From Obrimoposthia wandeli (taxonomy: Eukaryota): 64,000 bases of DNA. The position numbers and the translations under genes are program-made. Under the pieces are notes generated by a model. That model had not been told where the DNA came from. It did not search any database and worked only from the letters and a program-made list of their open reading frames with translations. Of this stretch, positions 43,153 through 57,300 are shown in pieces; the stretch's first letter is position 1; the number at the start of each line of letters is the position of its first letter. Location of the stretch: positions 496,001-560,000 of the forward strand of contig CDROCS010000496.1 of NCBI GenBank assembly GCA_977020255.1. The letters are read 5' to 3'.

Positions 43153-45042
43153 TGTTAAGGTTGAGAATTAAGAAAATTAAATAATTTAGTTGATTAAATA
43201 CTAAAATAAAAATCCTTGAAAGCAAGGTCGAAAATTAAATTAAAATAATAATTTAAGTTTTAGAATTAAAATTAGTGAAATTTAGGGTAAAATTAGGAGG
43301 ACCACGAAGGTCGTGTATTATGCGAAAATGTATAAAAGTTTAAAGTTAATTAACCAAAGGGACAAAAATAAGAAATTAATTAAAAGAAAAACGGTTAATT
43401 AAAACCGTCAATCAAGAAAGAAAAAGGTAAGCACATTTTGAGTGCAACGAGATTAATTGATTTTTTAGCAACAGAAACTTTCAAATTTCGAGACCAGCTG
43501 TCATTGATTGACAGAATCCGGAGACTCGTATAGAAACCTTCAGTAATCACGGTAAACAGCTGTCATTTGATTGACACGACTGTTCCTATATAAGGAAACG
43601 AAAATTAACCACAATCACAAATACGGGATTCAACTCCCTGACCACAAACAGAACCATTAAGTTCTCGTGTCCAAAAAGCTGATTGTATAAAGGTAAACGT
43701 TCCAGTCAGTAAAGATAATTGATTTTATTATTGTATTAAAGGTAAACGTTCCAGTCAGTGAAGATAATTGATTGTTAATAAGCTCTGTTTCGAAGAAGAT
43801 TCCCAGTGAAGATAATTGATTGTTAATAAGCTCTGTTTCGAAGAAGATTCCCAGTGAAGATAATTGATTGTTAATAAGCTCTGTTTCGAAGAAGATTCCC
43901 AGTGAAGATAATTGATTGTTAATAAGCTCTGTTTCGAAGAAGATTCCCAGTGAAGATAATTGATTGTTAATAAGCTCTACTTCGAAGAAGATTCCCAGTG
44001 AAGATAATTGATTGTTAATAAGCTCTGTTTCGAAGACGATTCCGCCAGGCTCGCAAGCACCACATACGGACCCTACACCGGACGTCCCACGAGTTGCTGT
44101 AACTGGTAAGAACACAGACTAGGTTCATTCATTGCCCCTAGTAGGCAATTAGGATATATTCATTACCCCTAGTTGGTAATTCTATATTTTCTTAATAATA
44201 CACAAATTCATTGCCCCTAGCTGGTAATTAGGATCACTGCCTCTTTACCACAATCATTGCCCCTAGTTGGTAATTAGGATCGGACCTTTATTCATTGTCC
44301 CCAGCGACAATTAGGAAACCTACCAGACGTTTTTTCCCGTAAGATTCATTGTCCCTAGCTGGCAATTAGGTTCATTCATTGCCCCTAGTTGGTAATTCGG
44401 ATAAATATTCATTGTCCCTAGTAGACAATTCGGTAAGATTCATTGTCCACTAGCTGACAATTCGGTTCGTTCATTGTCCGTAGTTGACAATTAGGAGTAA
44501 GTTTTCATTGTCATCTTGACAATTAGGTTTTTAGGAGATCCCTTGTCTACAGTAGACAATTCGGGTCAAACACACAGAGAGAGTAAGGAACAAAGAAACA
44601 TTTAGCTAGAGATCAGAAGTAGGAGCGAAGAAATTTAAGAGAGTTGCGTTATAGATTAACCAACCTAAGTAAGAAGACTAAACCTAAGAAACTTAATCAC
44701 CTGAACGTAAAATCGATACGTGGTTCATCCCCACTTCTTGTAGAGACTTACAGAAGTCCTTTAGGAATTTTATCATACTTTTTAGAAATACGTACATAAA
44801 CGTATTGTGGTGTTAGTTACGTGAATTTTGAATAAACAATTTCCTACATTAGAACAAGTTGTTTTTACACCCTTCAGACTAAGAGACATCAAATCAAATA
44901 CCTTCAGATAGTACAAGAGATTAGGCAACCATAACACTAAGTAGGCCACGACCAACTTTAAGACCTGCTTCTAATCGAACTCACGTTGGGGTCCTCCGCA
45001 CATAAGAGGCTCTATACCAAGTTTCGTATAGAAACCCCAACT
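43153..45042 (+). repeat. 3' LTR (1,890 bp)
   Basis: Copy of 21754-23642 at offset 21399/21400; ends ...CCCCAACT followed by TSD CTAT. Confidence 0.97.
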
Positions 45043-45746
45043 CTATTGTTTTATAAAATAATACTTTATTATAATAATATTTTACTTTTTTTGTACAAAT
45101 CATTCAAGATAATCTTACGTCTTCTTTTACAACTTTTAAATCCACAAAGCTTAAGTCGTCTTCAAGTTGTAGATACGGAAACATTGAACTATCTGACCAC
45201 TTGATATTAGATGATTCTGTGTAGGACACCGTCTATCATCTCTTGATGTTGTTTTCTTGGGTCTTCCCGAACCCTCTTTGCAATTTAATCGAAAATCATC
45301 CCGTATCCAGCCTCTAATTGTGAATCTATTTATTTCCTTTGTTGTAGGCTTGTAGCTTTTCTAATTTCATTGAATTTTTAAGAATTATAATTTGTATAGG
45401 GCTTTTTGGTCTTTTTTGATTCGTACTATAATATTAAATCACAGTTTTTAAAACTATTTACAATATTAAATTAACATAAAATCAATTAATTTATATTTAA
45501 ATTTGTACATTAATAACTTTTAACTTAATACAAATGGGCCAATAAAAACTATGCAAAAGTTATTATAAAATTAAAATAATTTTATTGTACGAAATAAATT
45601 GATATGTTCGAATTACAAAATTTTGTTAGTCAAAATGTTTTACAACATATCCCATTTTAACTTGTAAAGGATATAATCGCTAGCAGGCTCCTAATGTTAC
45701 ACGCGCACCTAAACTTTTTTACAAAAAAAAATAATTTGAATGCTTA

Positions 45747-46600
45747 TGTTAGAATTAGGAAACTAAAAATAAAATAAATAATAACAATTATTTATACTAA
45801 AATATTCTACCTTAAAAATCAAGGATAAAATAAAATTATTTTGAACAAACTAAAATTAAAATAAATTAGGACCTTGAAGAGGTCGTGTTTAAATATATAA
45901 AAGAAAGTTAGAACAGTGTAAAAACGCCCGCAAAGAAAATAATTTTCAGAAAAGTGCTCGGAAGATTAATTACATATAAGAAAAAATCTATAGGAAGAAG
46001 CACTTGATAAAAAAAACATTAGGAAGAAGCATTTAACAGCCTGAGAATATCCCATCCGTAGCACTCAATAATTCCCTTGGAACAATCCAGCCGTCGCAGA
46101 CAACGCCATCAGAAATCCATTAGCGGTCGTGAATTTAGTAAGTGAAAAATACTATAAAAGTAAATTAAATTGCAGAAAATTGAAAATACAAGTATTGAAC
46201 AAATAATCGAAGTTAACAAATCGGAATTCCAATTCTAGTAATCGAAGTTAACAAAACGGAATTCTAATTATAGTAGTCGAAGTTGACAAATTTAAATTCT
46301 ACTGATTGAAGTGGACAAATTGGTAGTTCCAATATTCGGATAGTTTCGTCTGAAAATGAAAGTTAATAAACTGGTGAGTTGCGAGTGGAACCCGCACTGA
46401 ATTATTGCGTATAAAGTAAAGAAATTTCGTACATTTGAATAAAGTATTGTTGCGTATAAATAAAGTATAGTATTGTTGCGTATAAGTATTGTTGCGTATA
46501 AATTAAAGCAAATTTGTGCATTTAAAGCAGAGAAGTGTTGCGTATAAATCGAATTATAAGCAAATAGTTAGGTAGTAAGGCACGGGGAATATTTTGAAGG
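45747..46600 (+). mobile_element. Truncated LTR C (5' part only), related family
   Basis: Starts TGTTAG; shares ttatactaaaat, CCTT..AAGG and GACCTTGAAGAGGTC (45870-84); internal ~34-bp and gttgcgtataa repeats; no GAAACCCCAACA end. Right boundary approximate. Confidence 0.7.
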
Positions 46601-48049
46601 GTGATTATATTTACATATATATTTACAGATCAAACAAATTAAGCATAAAATAAAACACATAATAACTCAAAGTTTTAAAATAGTTATTTATTATTAATTG
46701 GGAGATTGATCAGCATAATTTCCAGATAAATCCAAAGCAACCTGCTATACTTAACAAATACTTATGATTTTGGTAATTTCGCAATTGTCTCTTTCATATT
46801 TATTTTTTAAATTCCAACAATTTCCAATTTGTTGCATGCTAGATACATTCATTCTTTGAAATCTAGAATGCCAACTTTAGACTGTATTATTGGTTCTTCC
46901 TGAACCAAAACAAGAACTGAGTTATAGGAGTTCAGGTATTAATAGAAAATCTAGTAACTAACTCTAGTAACTCTAGTAGAAACTCATTTGAAATGAGCCT
47001 TGTTCCAGTAAAGTTAATCCCAATAAACTCGACAAAACTAATTAAATATCTAGATGTTTTGTTTAAAACGATATATATATTAACCTTTCAAAAGTAAAAT
47101 AATAGAACCGAAATCAGTGAATTATAACGTTTTAGTTGATTTTAAGGTATTTTAATTTTTAAAATTAAATATTTAAATGATATTTAAGAATGGTAAAACG
47201 ACTTTACAATGAATCTTACATGGATTATGAATTCACATATATTTGTAAGAATGGAATGCATATTTGACAATGCGTCATCACTTTGGTTAAAAGTTTGATG
47301 AAACCATACCAATTAAAAAAGCATCTCTTCAATCATCATCGTGAACACAGAGAAAAAACGCCAGTTTTTCGAGAATAAATGTATTAATCTTAAAAAATCC
47401 AAATGGATTCTACTGGTTTCCACAACCAAGCAAAATTGCGAAGAACATACCCCATTCTGGTTCAGCAGGCACTGTCAACAATTCTTCCCTTCTCTTCCAC
47501 TTACCAATGCGAGTAGATTTTCATCACTTCTGGCGATAAAGCCCCAGGTAAGGAATCGGCTTCGTGTGGAGAGTGTTCCAAAATATATCCGAGAATCGAA
47601 CTACTTGTCTCAAAGAAACAAATGCAAAAACCACACTTACATCATTGATTGTGTTCTTGTGAGAATAATAAAAATAAACAATTGACTTGATTTTAAGAGT
47701 GGTGGGTAATTACAATTTAATTTTTCTAAAGTAAATTACAGAAAAAGATTTAAAAAATCTGGTTTAGAAGATATTGAAGTTAAGGAAACTATGTGTATGA
47801 TCCTTGCTCTTGTAAACTGTAATGCTGTTTTCCACATAAATATTTGTAGCAAGCCACCCATTACATAGCTCTCTTGATGTTAACAGCCAGGCGGCGCTGA
47901 TTACACTTTTAAAATTACAGTGATATTCATTCTCTTCATCTACAAATATACACTTATTATTGGTTGTTTTAATTGTCTTTAAAAAAGGAATAGTTAAATA
48001 AAATTATTTTATTTAACTTTTGCTCGTGCAATTCATTTACTTGATGATA

Positions 48050-48420
48050 AACAAAGGGGTGGAATTTTTCTCATTTTAAGCATTGAAAATATTTGAATTA
48101 ATATTTGATAATTGTTTCCCATTTGAAACATTGAATTAATATTGGATAATTGTTTTCTCATTTTAAGCATTGAATTATTGTTTTCCCAATTAAAGCATTG
48201 AAAATATTTGATAATTGTTTCCCATTTGAAACATTGAATTAATATTGGATAATTATTTTCTCCTTTTAAGCATTAAATTAAAATCGTCCATATTTGCACA
48301 ATAAAGTTAAAAGAAGCTAACTTTAAATTCGCCCACATTTTGTACGATAAATTTGTACGAGGTAAAAGTTTCAAATAAATAAGTTATAAAATCGATACGT
48401 AAGACATTCCTATTGTGTGA
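48050..48420 (+). mobile_element. Internal fragment of a B-like LTR
   Basis: gcccacattttgtacgataaat...aaaatcgatacgtaagacat is shared with solo LTR B (about 20107-20190); preceded by degenerate tandem repeats. Boundaries approximate. Confidence 0.6.
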
Positions 48421-51400
48421 CAGAGAATATTCTAATTGAATCGACAATTGAAAAATCTCAAGAAACGACAAATATTGATTGCTGCGAATTGAGACTAAAC
48501 GAATTGTAACTCTCTGAACCAAGTATTACACTATAGTAGGAAGATGCGTGTCTTTCAAAAATTTATTATTATAAAATAAAGTAATGAAAAATTTACAAAA
48601 ATTATATTTAATTTTAATTATTTATATTCTACCTCGAACGTCTAATCAGTTGACATTCAAGATCTACTATAGTAGACATGTACTTTGAAGGTCAACCATA
48701 CATCCTATTGACATGCGGTCTTCATCAAAGGTTACATAAGAGTTATGACGTTGACCAGATCTAAGGATTAAAAACCTTCAAAATTTTCAACTTTTTGATG
48801 TTACGGATAATAGACTAAGTTTGATCTAAAAGGTCAAAATTTCAAAATTTTCCATAAAGTAAAAAAAAATAAAATATTTTTGTTTAAATTTTCAAAAAAA
48901 TTTGGCGCCAAAATCAAAATGATTTTAATTTACTTGTACATAAAATATTTTTTCAAAAATTATTTTTTTAGTTTTAAAACAAATAATAAAAAATATTATT
49001 AAATAAAATAAAATTTTAATCTTATTATATATCATGTGAATATTATTTAATAGTAATAAATATATAATAACATTAATCATATGATTCTTATTTAATTCCA
49101 TATAATATTAATTTTAAATAAAAATAAATTTTGTTTGAATAAATTAATTATACTAGAAGAGTATAATAGAAGAAACATTTTTCATTTCTTGTCATAATTT
49201 TAACTAAAGAAAAAACGCGTCTCATCAATCCGTTATTAAAGCAAGAAGTGCTGAAGGTTAGGGAGCTCCCGGGCTTCCTTTACTTCTGGTTTGATGGGAA
49301 CCCCATCATTCTAGAAGCCGAAATGCGTGCATACATAAATCCCCGGTTCTCATTAGGTCTCTATAAGAAAGGGAGAAAACTCTAATAAATGTTAGATTCT
49401 TTAGAAAACATAATATAGAGAAATAATATTTTAAACTTTTACTAATTTCTTTCAACTAAAAGTTGTTAAACTTTGAATAACTTTATTTTGATTTTTCTAA
49501 TTGTGTAAGTCTTCTTCTTGATATATATTTGTTAATATTATTTATAGATTTAGCTATATAAAGAAGAAATAGAGACAAACCCCTTTTCAAATCAATAATG
49601 CCAAACGTGAGTATTTTTATTTTTTCAGGTTTGCAACATAAACAAGAATCCATGCTTTGATGTATGTTATTATTTCTGTGAGTCAAATATGAAATCTTAT
49701 TATGGAATCATCTTCAACCGGAGACAATTTTCATATGCCCACAATGCGAATCTGTGTAGAAAGAAGATCGCTTATTTCCAGGTTTCGAGAGAAAAAGTCT
49801 ATCTTACGTGCTCCTCAAAGCCGTATCAACTTTCCAGCCAAGTCACAGCTGTCACCTTCTACCTTATATCCAAGTCCTGTTCCTATGCTAGCTCCAACCA
49901 ATTTACCAGCTACAGCTCCTGCACGTATGCCATCAAAACGGGGCAAGTGCGGTGCAACCAACTAGTGGTGCACATGCGGCTAAGAGTAGTCGGTAATGGG
50001 TTATTAGCGAGAAGAGGGTTTTATGTGACATTATCGCTGGATTTTACTAGTGATAAAGTAGTTGAACTGGATGTACCGCAGTACTTTATCGACTCCTTAA
50101 GAGCGATAGTAGTTTAATTTCCTTCTTACAAGGTGCAATTCAGAGCTCAAGTGGAGTTAGAGAATGAGAGTAGCGTGAAACAATTAAATGTTTCCAATAA
50201 GGCCACTCTCTTCTCACCAGGATTTATAGATCATAGGATAGTCACTCAATTCTAAGTAATTGGCAGTTAAAGAAGGTACTGGAGATGAATTTCGTTGTCA
50301 TTGGAACAACGACAATTAATCGTCTACAGGGTAGCTCATAAATGCCAACTTCCCCAGGCCTAGAGTCATCCCGCTGCATTATCAACGTGTTCATATATAG
50401 TATTTTGGCTATTTTGAAATTGCCTCTGTTTGAGAGCAATAGGCATCGGACAACACATTACGATTCCTTTCTATCCTCCCTTAACTACAAGGACGCAGAT
50501 CTACATATGAGATTATGCAATATCATCTGGTTCGAACGAGAGAATCTGTCACTCTCGGTTAATGTTTAATGTTTCAAGAATCCGCATATTGACATGATTT
50601 ATAGAACAATTCCCTGCGACAGCCCTGTTAATGTGCTTCTCATAGAGCAGGATGAGACTTCATTATGCGGCAGTAACTAAATTAAGTAAACTGCTAAAGC
50701 ACTCGGATTTCCTTTCCAAGTTAGGAATTTTGATGAAGAATGTAGTTATACTATGGTATCAACATGAGATATAGGAAGTACGATAATTCTATAAGGTGTT
50801 TAGATTTTAGAACATTGAATGCAGTAAATAATAATTTCAAATGCCAGATGTTCGACTCATTTGTCATCATTTTTAGAACTAATATATTACCAGATGTTTC
50901 ATCAAAAGCTTTGCAGAAATTTCTGCATCATTATACAAAATTAATTAAGAAAAATTGATCGAAAAAGAAGTTTTCAAATATTGATACTAAACTGATATTA
51001 TCCTGATGCAGATAATTAGCATATTTAGGTGCATATGTTCTGTTTTAAGCCAATTAAACGAAGTTGAAGTAGTATGAACCAATTTATTTCTCCTCAAATG
51101 AATTTGACATTTTCAAATATAATAAAGCCTTATCGTTTAAAATAGATTTCAAATTCTCAAAGGGGAATGTTGGAAATATTAATTTGTTTACAAAATAAGA
51201 ATTAAGTAGGTAGAATATTAAGAATTTGAATATTGAATACACATGTTTTTGTAATGAACATGTACAATTATTACCGTTATAACCCGACCTTTTACAATCC
51301 AAAAAAACAAACAAAAAAGTGCTATTTCGTCAGAAATGGATGGCTCTTGTGGTACAAATAAAAACCCAACAATGACAATAGATAATCTTAGAAATTAACA

Positions 51401-52061
51401 TAACTAATTATTTGAAGTGATTTTGACTGTGGTATACAAAATAGAAACAGTTTTTATTCGGCTTTACTTTCTTTCTAATAAATTTAAATAAAACAATTGA
51501 TTAAAAGTTGATTATCGGTCTTAACTACACTCTTATGGAAAAACACGTTAACTACATGTTAAGCTTGGATCTATCAAAAACCCATTCAACATTTTCTAAC
51601 GAAGTAATTATAAAACTGGCCTTAATCTTTAAATATAAAATTAAAGATAGCTAATGGAATCATAATACCAGATATGTATTAATCACTACTAGACTGCAAA
51701 CAACTACATTCTCCAAAACCTGCATTCCAATGACGCCCAAAATTGTTTATACAGTTACATATTTTTAATTTAAAATACGTGACTTTTATTTACTCATTTA
51801 CAAATATTAAAGATGTGTACTATTTATATTTACAAGTAGTTTACACTTTTAAGGAATGTTTCTTGAAGTATTAGATAATTAAAGACTTAATCTTGAAGTA
51901 AAAAGAGAAACGATGCATTAATAATAACAATTTATATGATTAAAAACTGCAATTTTTATAATGAAATGACAAAATCTTAATTAATTTAATTACTAATCAA
52001 AAACGTCAAATGATTTGATTTATAATTAATTTTTAATTATAAAAAATATATAGTTGTAGGG

Positions 52062-54383
52062 TAGGGTGCATCGAACGCCCCAATGTTCTCAGATAAACTT
52101 ACTTGTTTGTGAAAATGTTACACATGATATATAAACACTATCTGTCTAAAATAAAACGATTTTGATGATATGCCTGGGTACCTACCTTTTGGATTTGTCA
52201 TGTTACCCCCTATCGGCTGTTCTGAAACTCTCTTCGAGTAAGATTTGTTGATGTAGCTTAGTCTATGTGAGCTTTGGAAGATTGTTACTGCCACACATGG
52301 GTAGGACAGACGTTTTGCCAAATATTGAAGTTATTTTGTGCAAATTGGTTGAAAATTAGTGAAATAATGGCAAAAATCACCCCGATTTTCCCAGGAAAGT
52401 GGCATTTTTACCGTATTTATTAAATAAATTTACCATGCTAATAACATACCGCATGCTCTAGGGCAATCTAAGGCTAGATGATGACATATATATGTGCCAT
52501 ACATGAGAATAATGTTGAATAACTGTTATAAAAAGACAATTACAAATTGGATCCATTAAATTGTCAACAGCAGTCCGAGATGAATGGAAGCCTCCAGAAT
52601 TGGCAACATTGCACTGGGACTCTAAGTTAACGCCATCATTGGTAAATCAATACGTTTCAGAGGAGCGTTTGACTGTTGTGGTTGGGGATGCACGCAAATT
52701 AAAACTTCTTGGAGTTTTCTTGGAGTTCCTAGCTACCAGCCAGGAACTGACAGATCTTCTGGAGACATCATTGCTGACCGGACACTGGAGCTACTGGAAT
52801 CATGGCATTGCAATCACACAATTATTAACCTCTGCTTTGATACCACAGCGTCGAACACTGGCCATGTCACTGCTGCATGCGTCACAATCCAGACAAGACT
52901 TGGTCGTGCGCTTCTGTGGTCAGCATGCCGACACCACGTCGGCGAAGTGGTCCTCTCACGTGTTTGATGGTCTTAAAATAGAAGCATCAAAGTCACCAGA
53001 GGTTTCGCTCTTCCTGAGATTTCGGAAGAACTGGGATCGTATTCCTCACAGTAAGGATGAGTTTAAGACACGCCTTGATGTTTCAGCATACAGTACTGCT
53101 GCGCAGAGTGTGCTAGAGTCTTGTCGTGATGCGGTGCTGGATATCACTCGTTCAAGTGGCAAGTTCCGCAGAGATGATTACAAGAAGTTTGCTGACTTGT
53201 GCAGAGCATATCTGAATGATGATGAATATGAAGATGCGACACTCCTGCGTCCAGGTGCAATACATAAAGCGCGGTGGATGGCCAATCTGTTATACGCCAT
53301 CAAGATATGACTGCTGCAGCACCAGATCTCAGAACTTCCACGTGGAACAGTAACAACGCAACAGCAGGTTGGAAAGGTGAGGGACTTTGTCGTCTTCGTC
53401 ACCCACGTGTACAGTGTTTGGTGGCTCTCCTGTGACTCAAGCGCAAATGCTCCCTGGATTGATTTGACCTTTTACAAACTGCTCCTGCGCTACAAAACTG
53501 TGAACCAATCAATTTCAGAAAGCGCCGTTCGGGCCTTTGTGAGGCACACTTGGTATTTGACGGCAGAAATGGTAGTACTAGCTCTGTTCGGAGAAAGGGT
53601 CCCAGCAGGTGAGCGTCGAGCACTGGGTGATGCAATTCTCGCCATCAAACCTGATGAAGTGTTACAGGCTCCCAAGAATCGATTCGGGGCCGGTTTTGGC
53701 AAGCCCCGATTCCCAGACATCACCGAAGCAACGAACCTTGCGGATCTCGTCGGGGACGATACCTGGTTCACCATTCATCTATTACGTCTTGATGTTGGTT
53801 TCCTTTCCGAGGATATTGACACATGGGACAGCAACAACTGTTTTATTGAATCAAAATCAATCATTGACAACCTCAATGTTGTTAATGACTGCGCTGAAAG
53901 GGGCGTGAAACTCTGCTCTGATTTTGTGTCTGCAGCCAAAGGAGAAGAACACTTCCAAAACGTGCTCCAGGTGGTAGAAAAATACCGCCAGGCCACACCT
54001 AACCTGCGGCACAAACGACCCAAACGACAAACCGAGCTTACCTAAGACCATGTATGGCTATGGGCTAACTTGTTGAGTGTGTTCACTGTTCAGATGAAAA
54101 ATTTTCTGTTCCATTGTTGTAGTCATGTACATGTGAATTTGTCCATGTAATAGCGTTTTTGGTTTGAATGATCAACATTGATCATTAAATACCTGTATCA
54201 TTAAATGTATACCTCACACTGAAATTGATTGTTCATCATGTTAGTCAGTATAAAAGTATATGGGATTGACTATAAATATTTTTTTTACACATATAGTGTT
54301 TATATATCATGTGTAACATTTTCACAAACAAGTGAAAAGATTGCAACAAAATTAGCCAAATTTGGGGCGTTTGATGCACCCTA
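52062..54383 (+). mobile_element. hAT-superfamily (hATm-like) DNA transposon, internally deleted
   Basis: TIRs TAGGGTGCATCGAACGCCCCA / TGGGGCGTTTGATGCACCCTA plus an inner ~40-bp inverted block; perfect 8-bp TSD TTGTAGGG (52054-61, 54384-91). Confidence 0.92.
52561..54045 (+). pseudogene. Partial transposase of the hATm-like element
   Basis: LHWDSK, PGAIHKARWM, RHTWYLTAEMVVLALF, VVNDCAERGVKL; no N-terminus or ATG, in-frame TGA at 53308-10, catalytic middle appears deleted. Confidence 0.85.
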
Positions 54384-57300
54384 TTGTAGGGTTTAATTTT
54401 GTAATTTCTTTCAATTATCAGTTCATAACATTTTTATAAAACATACTAATAATGTCGAAAAGATAATAAGCAACATATTACATATCTCAAACATTTCCAG
54501 ATAAAGTAACCATTTTTATATGTAGAACAGTCATTTTTGATTTCTTTCTGTGTGATTGATAAAATCCAATTGAAGTCTGCATTTGTATAGTCAACAGAGT
54601 TATCAACAAAAAAGATAAATATAATCAAGTTAAAACAATCGTCAGTTGTTAAACAACCGCATTGTTAAAAAAAATCAAAAATCATTAGAGCCTACAATTT
54701 TCTTGACAGGAATCTGAAATCTTAAACAAGAATTTGAAAATATTTACTCAGCATATGATCGCTTAAATTAGTCATCCTACAAATTTAATTTAATGATATT
54801 TTGTTTTATTGTAAACTTTCATTAAATTCTGTTCTGAATAGAAACAGTGTTTTTTTTGCATTATGGTATGCACACGTAGACATATTATGAAACATTAAAT
54901 CAAAATATTTTGTAACACAAGATATACATAATTTTAAAGTAAACTCAAAAACTAACTCAGTAAATATTCTTTATTTCAATAAAGTTGAGATTTTAAAATT
55001 TATAGAAAAATTGAGATTAAGTAAAAAAATAAAATGTTATACTCGTTTAAATATCCATTAATAGTTTTGTTTTAAATAGAAATCAATGGAATATTTAACT
55101 TTTTATTGAGTGCAATGGAATAATTACATGTCAAATAAAAACTTAAGCTAAAAATTAATATTATTTCAGATTTAATTAATCAATATACATATCAGATTTT
55201 AGATTAAACTTATTGCAAATTATTCTGATTTTTGTAACAGTAATGCATGTGTAAAAATTTCACTTTCATAGCACACAACTTTAATTTTGATATACCTTTG
55301 GTAGTCGATTCAACATCTTTTGATTGTTCTATTATTTTGAATTGATTTTCTATAATATCATTAACCGTTCGCCATTTTTATAACTAAATTTAAATACCCT
55401 GCAAATTTTTAGCCTAGAAATCAAAAAGACTACTTCAATTTAAAAATAGGAAATTCCATTTAAATTCAAACGTTTCGATGGGATCATAAAGATAACAAAT
55501 AATATAAAGTTTAATCTTGAATTTGAATTCTTACTTTTTCTCAAAGAATAACTAAAAACAAAAAAAATCGTTAAACATTAATTAAAAAATATACATTCAC
55601 AAAAATAATTTAAAAATATACAATGATTAGTAATTGAAGAACAATAAACGGGAATTAAATCCCGAAAACAATTATTAATTATATTTTAAAAATGAATAAA
55701 AAATTCAACAATTGCAAATGTCATAATTTGAGAAAGATAATTCAGAAAGTCAAACAAAACCAGGATGATTATTTTATAAAAACAATTAAACAAAACGACA
55801 AATTGAAACATGTGAAAGAATTAGTGGATGAAAACATTAGTCAGTCTATCGAAATAGATGAACTGGAACAAGAAATGAAATCTGACTCATATAAAATAAT
55901 TGATCTTTATCATCGACTCGATGCTCAACAATCTACTATATTATCTTTACGTAGACAAACTCAATGTTTGATGAACAGATTAATTTCTCCACATTTACCG
56001 TGAAATCGCTACTTTGCAAGATATTCTGGAAATGAATCCTCTTCAGACTGAACCGCCCCTTATAAAATTGACATGGACACACCTGATAAATATATAACCC
56101 TTCTTTATTGAATGGAAAATGTGTCAGTCATAAGGGTTGGACAGTTTGACGAAGATTTGTGAGCATGTTATACTTACATTTATTTTTATTTATATTCTCA
56201 TTAAAAACTAACTCATGACTTTAGATTCATAACAAATTAATTTAACAGATGACAAACAACAATAACCTGGTGATACCATAAAATACAGATAACAGACACC
56301 CGGAACGAACTCTCACACTAACCACATCGCGAAAATGTTCCAAAAATAGATAATAAGTCTATAAGTTAATCCAATAAGTCCATAAGTCTATCCAATATGG
56401 GGCTATTTTTATAACTAGATTTAAATACCCTGCAAATTTTTAGCCAAGAAATCATCACTTATATGTGGATCCAATTTTTTTTAATTCAATGATTAGGCGT
56501 TTTTGTCTAAAATTTAAACTCGTGTACATTAAAGTAGTTTTATACTGAATTTTAATGTTTCTGGTTATAATAAATGAAAAACTGGAAAGTTTAATAATTT
56601 TTCTGTATTTTTTAACAAATATTTTAAAAATGGCATAAATGAGAAAATTTACTTTATTTGGTAAATTTAAATTACTGATTTTTTTAAAGAAAACATTTAA
56701 CTTCTTATTATTAAAAGTAATGAAATTAATAATACTCAATAGGTTTTATGACTTATATTTCTTAAATCCTTTTATAGATGTTAAATAAAATATAGATTAT
56801 TGCTATATAAAAATTAAATTTAAACATGCAAATTCTGTGAATTAACACAAATACAATGAAAAATTGATTTTAAATTTTATTGTTGACATTTCAAAAGTAT
56901 ACATTTACTTACTGATACATTATCATTTGTTACAACTATAATTTATTAACTTATTTTCCGATTCAAAAAGACTACTTCAATTTAAAAGTAGGAAATTCCA
57001 TTTAAATTAAAACATTTCTATGGGATCATAAAAAGTACAAATAATGTTTATTATTCAGTTTGAAATAGACAAAAGGTTTCTGTATATCTGCTTGTAAGTG
57101 TTTTCCCTTTAACAAGTGAATCATCCAGTTATGGATGTAATATTTTAAGGACAGATTCACAAATTACTAAGTAAAGGGTAAAATATTCGAAGAAAATATT
57201 TTGTAAAATGCCTATATAGGATATATGTATTGGATAAACTGAGGATAATTCAGCACGATAAGAATGGTGAAAGCCATGTGTTTTAATGATAGGCAATAAA

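Larger units (their letters stand above)
21754..45042 (+). mobile_element. Giant (23,289 bp) full-length Ty3/Gypsy LTR retrotransposon with env and accessory genes
   Basis: Paired LTRs 21754-23642 and 43153-45042; TSD CTAT (21750-53, 45043-46); PBS; Gag-PR-RT-RH-IN order with YIDD, DAS and GPY motifs. Confidence 0.97.
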
